IMG/VR virus record: IMGVR_UViG_3300038520_001418
Coordinates: 1-38,278 of that record
Origin: a virus
Lineage: Duplodnaviria > Caudoviricetes
Reading direction: 5' to 3' (one strand)
Length of the DNA: 38,278 bases
Both the position numbers and the translations under genes were made by a program. Below, one piece after another: positions 36,390-38,278 of the stretch. Position 1 is the first letter of the stretch. Each line of letters opens with the position of its first letter. Below the pieces are notes generated by a model, which worked only from the letters and a program-made list of their open reading frames with translations, ran no database searches and was not told where the DNA came from.

Positions 36390-36701
36390 ATGGCAGCAAA
36401 ATGGACAATTGTAAATACAGAGTATGACATCAAAGGGTCAAAAGGTGATAATCAGATAACCACTCTTCATTGGGAGTGCAAAGATCAAGATGGTGATCAC
36501 TCTGGTAGAGTTTATGGGTCAATAGGTATACCTGAACCAAGTGGAGATTTTATTGAGTACTCAAAGGTAACACATGAGAACTGTGTGACATGGGCAAAAG
36601 CTATAATTGGAAGTGACGAAATTAAGGCTTGTGAGGATAATGTAGCCAACCAGATTGCATTAAGTAAAGCACCCACACAGGGTAGTGGAAAGCCTTGGTA
36701 A
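36390..36701 (+). CDS. Tail-fibre-associated protein; paralog of 2164-2499
   Basis: High visible identity to the paralog. Confidence 0.75.
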   Translation: MAAKWTIVNTEYDIKGSKGDNQITTLHWECKDQDGDHSGRVYGSIGIPEPSGDFIEYSKVTHENCVTWAKAIIGSDEIKACEDNVANQIALSKAPTQGSGKPW

Positions 36702-38278
36702 ATGAGTAGAGCCAGAGACATTGCTAATCTACAAAGTAGTAAAATTACTGCTGATTTTGGTATAGATATTGATAATATCACTATTGATGGCACAGAGATA
36801 GATTTATCTAGTGGTAATCTTACAATAGATGTGGCAGGAGACATCATACTTGATGCTGATGGTGGTGATATTTTCTTTAATGATGCAGGTGTTACTTTTG
36901 CTAAATTTAGTAATGTTTCAACAGATTTTGTAATTAAATCAATCGCACAAGATAAGGACTTGATATTTAGAGGTAATGATGGTGGTTCTGAAATAACTGC
37001 AATGACTATAGATATGTCGGAAGGTGGTAAAGTAGGTATTGGCACAACTAGTCCTACAGTTCCCCTTCATATTGATATAGGTTCAGACAATAATGCAATT
37101 TATGCACAATCCTCTGACCAATTCTGTAATATAGGGTTAATAGATGGCAGTGGTTCTGGAAAAATTATTATGGACAGTGGTAAATTATTGTTTACGACTG
37201 GTGGTGATAGTTCTACAAGTTTTACTGGCTCATCTACGAGAGTAACAATTGATACATCTGGTAAAGTAGGTATTGGCACAACTAGTCCTACCTATGCTTT
37301 AGACGTTGAATCAAACAACTCTGGTGGTCTTGTTGCCGAGTTTGTAAATACAGCAACTAGTATACCTCAAGGCGTTCTAATAAATTTTCCAAACAACACA
37401 CCAAACGTAACCAATCGTTTCTTCTTAAAAATGGAAGATAGCACCAGTGTTAAAGCTGAAATAAACACTACTGGTGGTGGCTACTTTATGGGTAATGTTG
37501 GTATTGGCACAAGTAGTCCTATTGCTGATTTATCAATTGTTGATAGTAGCACTGGTACTGGAATTGAAATTCAACCAGAAATAGCAACAGGCGAAAACAG
37601 AATTACAAATTACGACAGGGTTGAAAGTGCTTACAAAAAATTTCGTTTAGATGCAAGTGAACATAATTTTTATATTAGTGGTAGTAATAAAGTAACAATA
37701 GATAGCTCTGGTAATTTATTGGTGGGTACAACTTCTGTTGGTGTTGCATCCTCAAGTAGTGTAGAGGGTATTCAAATTGCACCTACCACATTATCTGTTG
37801 CAAGAAGTGGAGCTAGTGTTGCTTTTTTTAATAGACAAACAAATAATGGTAGTATTGTTGAGTTACGCAAAGATGGCTCTTCTATAGGTAGTATTGGAGT
37901 TAACACTAGTGATTATCCATTTATTGCTAATCCTGCAAGTGGTGGTGCAGGTATTGCAATGGGTGCAGGCACTGCAGTTATTCCAACAGACAACACTGGA
38001 CAGCATTCTGACAACACAAAGGATGTAGGAGCGTCAAGTGTTCGTTTTGATGATGTATTTGCAACTAATGGTACAATTCAAACATCAGATAAAAACGAAA
38101 AACAAGACATAGCATCTATGACCACAGCAGAACTAGCTGTAGGTAAGCGTCTATCAACTTTATTTAAAACTTATAGATGGAAAGATAAAGTTACAAAAAA
38201 GGCAGACAAAGCTAGAACACACTCTGGTATTATTGCTCAACAAGTCAAGGAAGCTTTTGAAGCAGAGGGTTTAGATGC
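36702..38278 (+). CDS. Second tail fibre (3'-truncated); missing from ORF track
   Basis: MSRARDIANLQ...; VGIGTTSP repeats; RFDDVFATNGTIQTSD; runs off the window end inside the chaperone domain. Confidence 0.85.
   Translation, partial: MSRARDIANLQSSKITADFGIDIDNITIDGTEIDLSSGNLTIDVAGDIILDADGGDIFFNDAGVTFAKFSNVSTDFVIKSIAQDKDLIFRGNDGGSEITAMTIDMSEGGKVGIGTTSPTVPLHIDIGSDNNAIYAQSSDQFCNIGLIDGSGSGKIIMDSGKLLFTTGGDSSTSFTGSSTRVTIDTSGKVGIGTTSPTYALDVESNNSGGLVAEFVNTATSIPQGVLINFPNNTPNVTNRFFLKMEDSTSVKAEINTTGGGYFMGNVGIGTSSPIADLSIVDSSTGTGIEIQPEIATGENRITNYDRVESAYKKFRLDASEHNFYISGSNKVTIDSSGNLLVGTTSVGVASSSSVEGIQIAPTTLSVARSGASVAFFNRQTNNGSIVELRKDGSSIGSIGVNTSDYPFIANPASGGAGIAMGAGTAVIPTDNTGQHSDNTKDVGASSVRFDDVFATNGTIQTSDKNEKQDIASMTTAELAVGKRLSTLFKTYRWKDKVTKKADKARTHSGIIAQQVKEAFEAEGLD

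Noticed and set aside
36512-37045. 177-aa minus-strand ORF and other antisense ORFs in the structural region
   Set aside because: Shadow frames of well-supported + strand genes.

Overview
Near-complete genome of an AT-rich tailed dsDNA phage with a podovirus-type (T7/HTVC010P-like) virion module, probably infecting a marine alphaproteobacterium (inference). Layout: tail-fibre end and chaperone (1-2.5 kb), lysis cassette with GH108 endolysin (2.5-4.3 kb), leftward early/recombination operon (4.36-8.8 kb), rightward Cro/VRR-NUC block (9-11 kb), leftward cluster of small early genes (11-13 kb), a ~600 bp non-coding region, then terminases, portal, scaffold, capsid, tail tube, internal virion proteins and two more fibre genes (13.7-38.3 kb). 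No polymerase, primase, helicase, integrase or tRNA was recognised. The standout is at 4364-5917 (- strand): a lone RAMP/Cas7-like gene and a 172-aa partner, followed directly by a non-coding array of five 49-59 nt units built from GTT-NN pentamers. This looks like a non-CRISPR, RNA-guided phage system whose information sits in the variable dinucleotides. Both window ends are repeats of internal fibre sequence, which suggests alternative fibre cassettes. All family calls are by eye; no searches were run.
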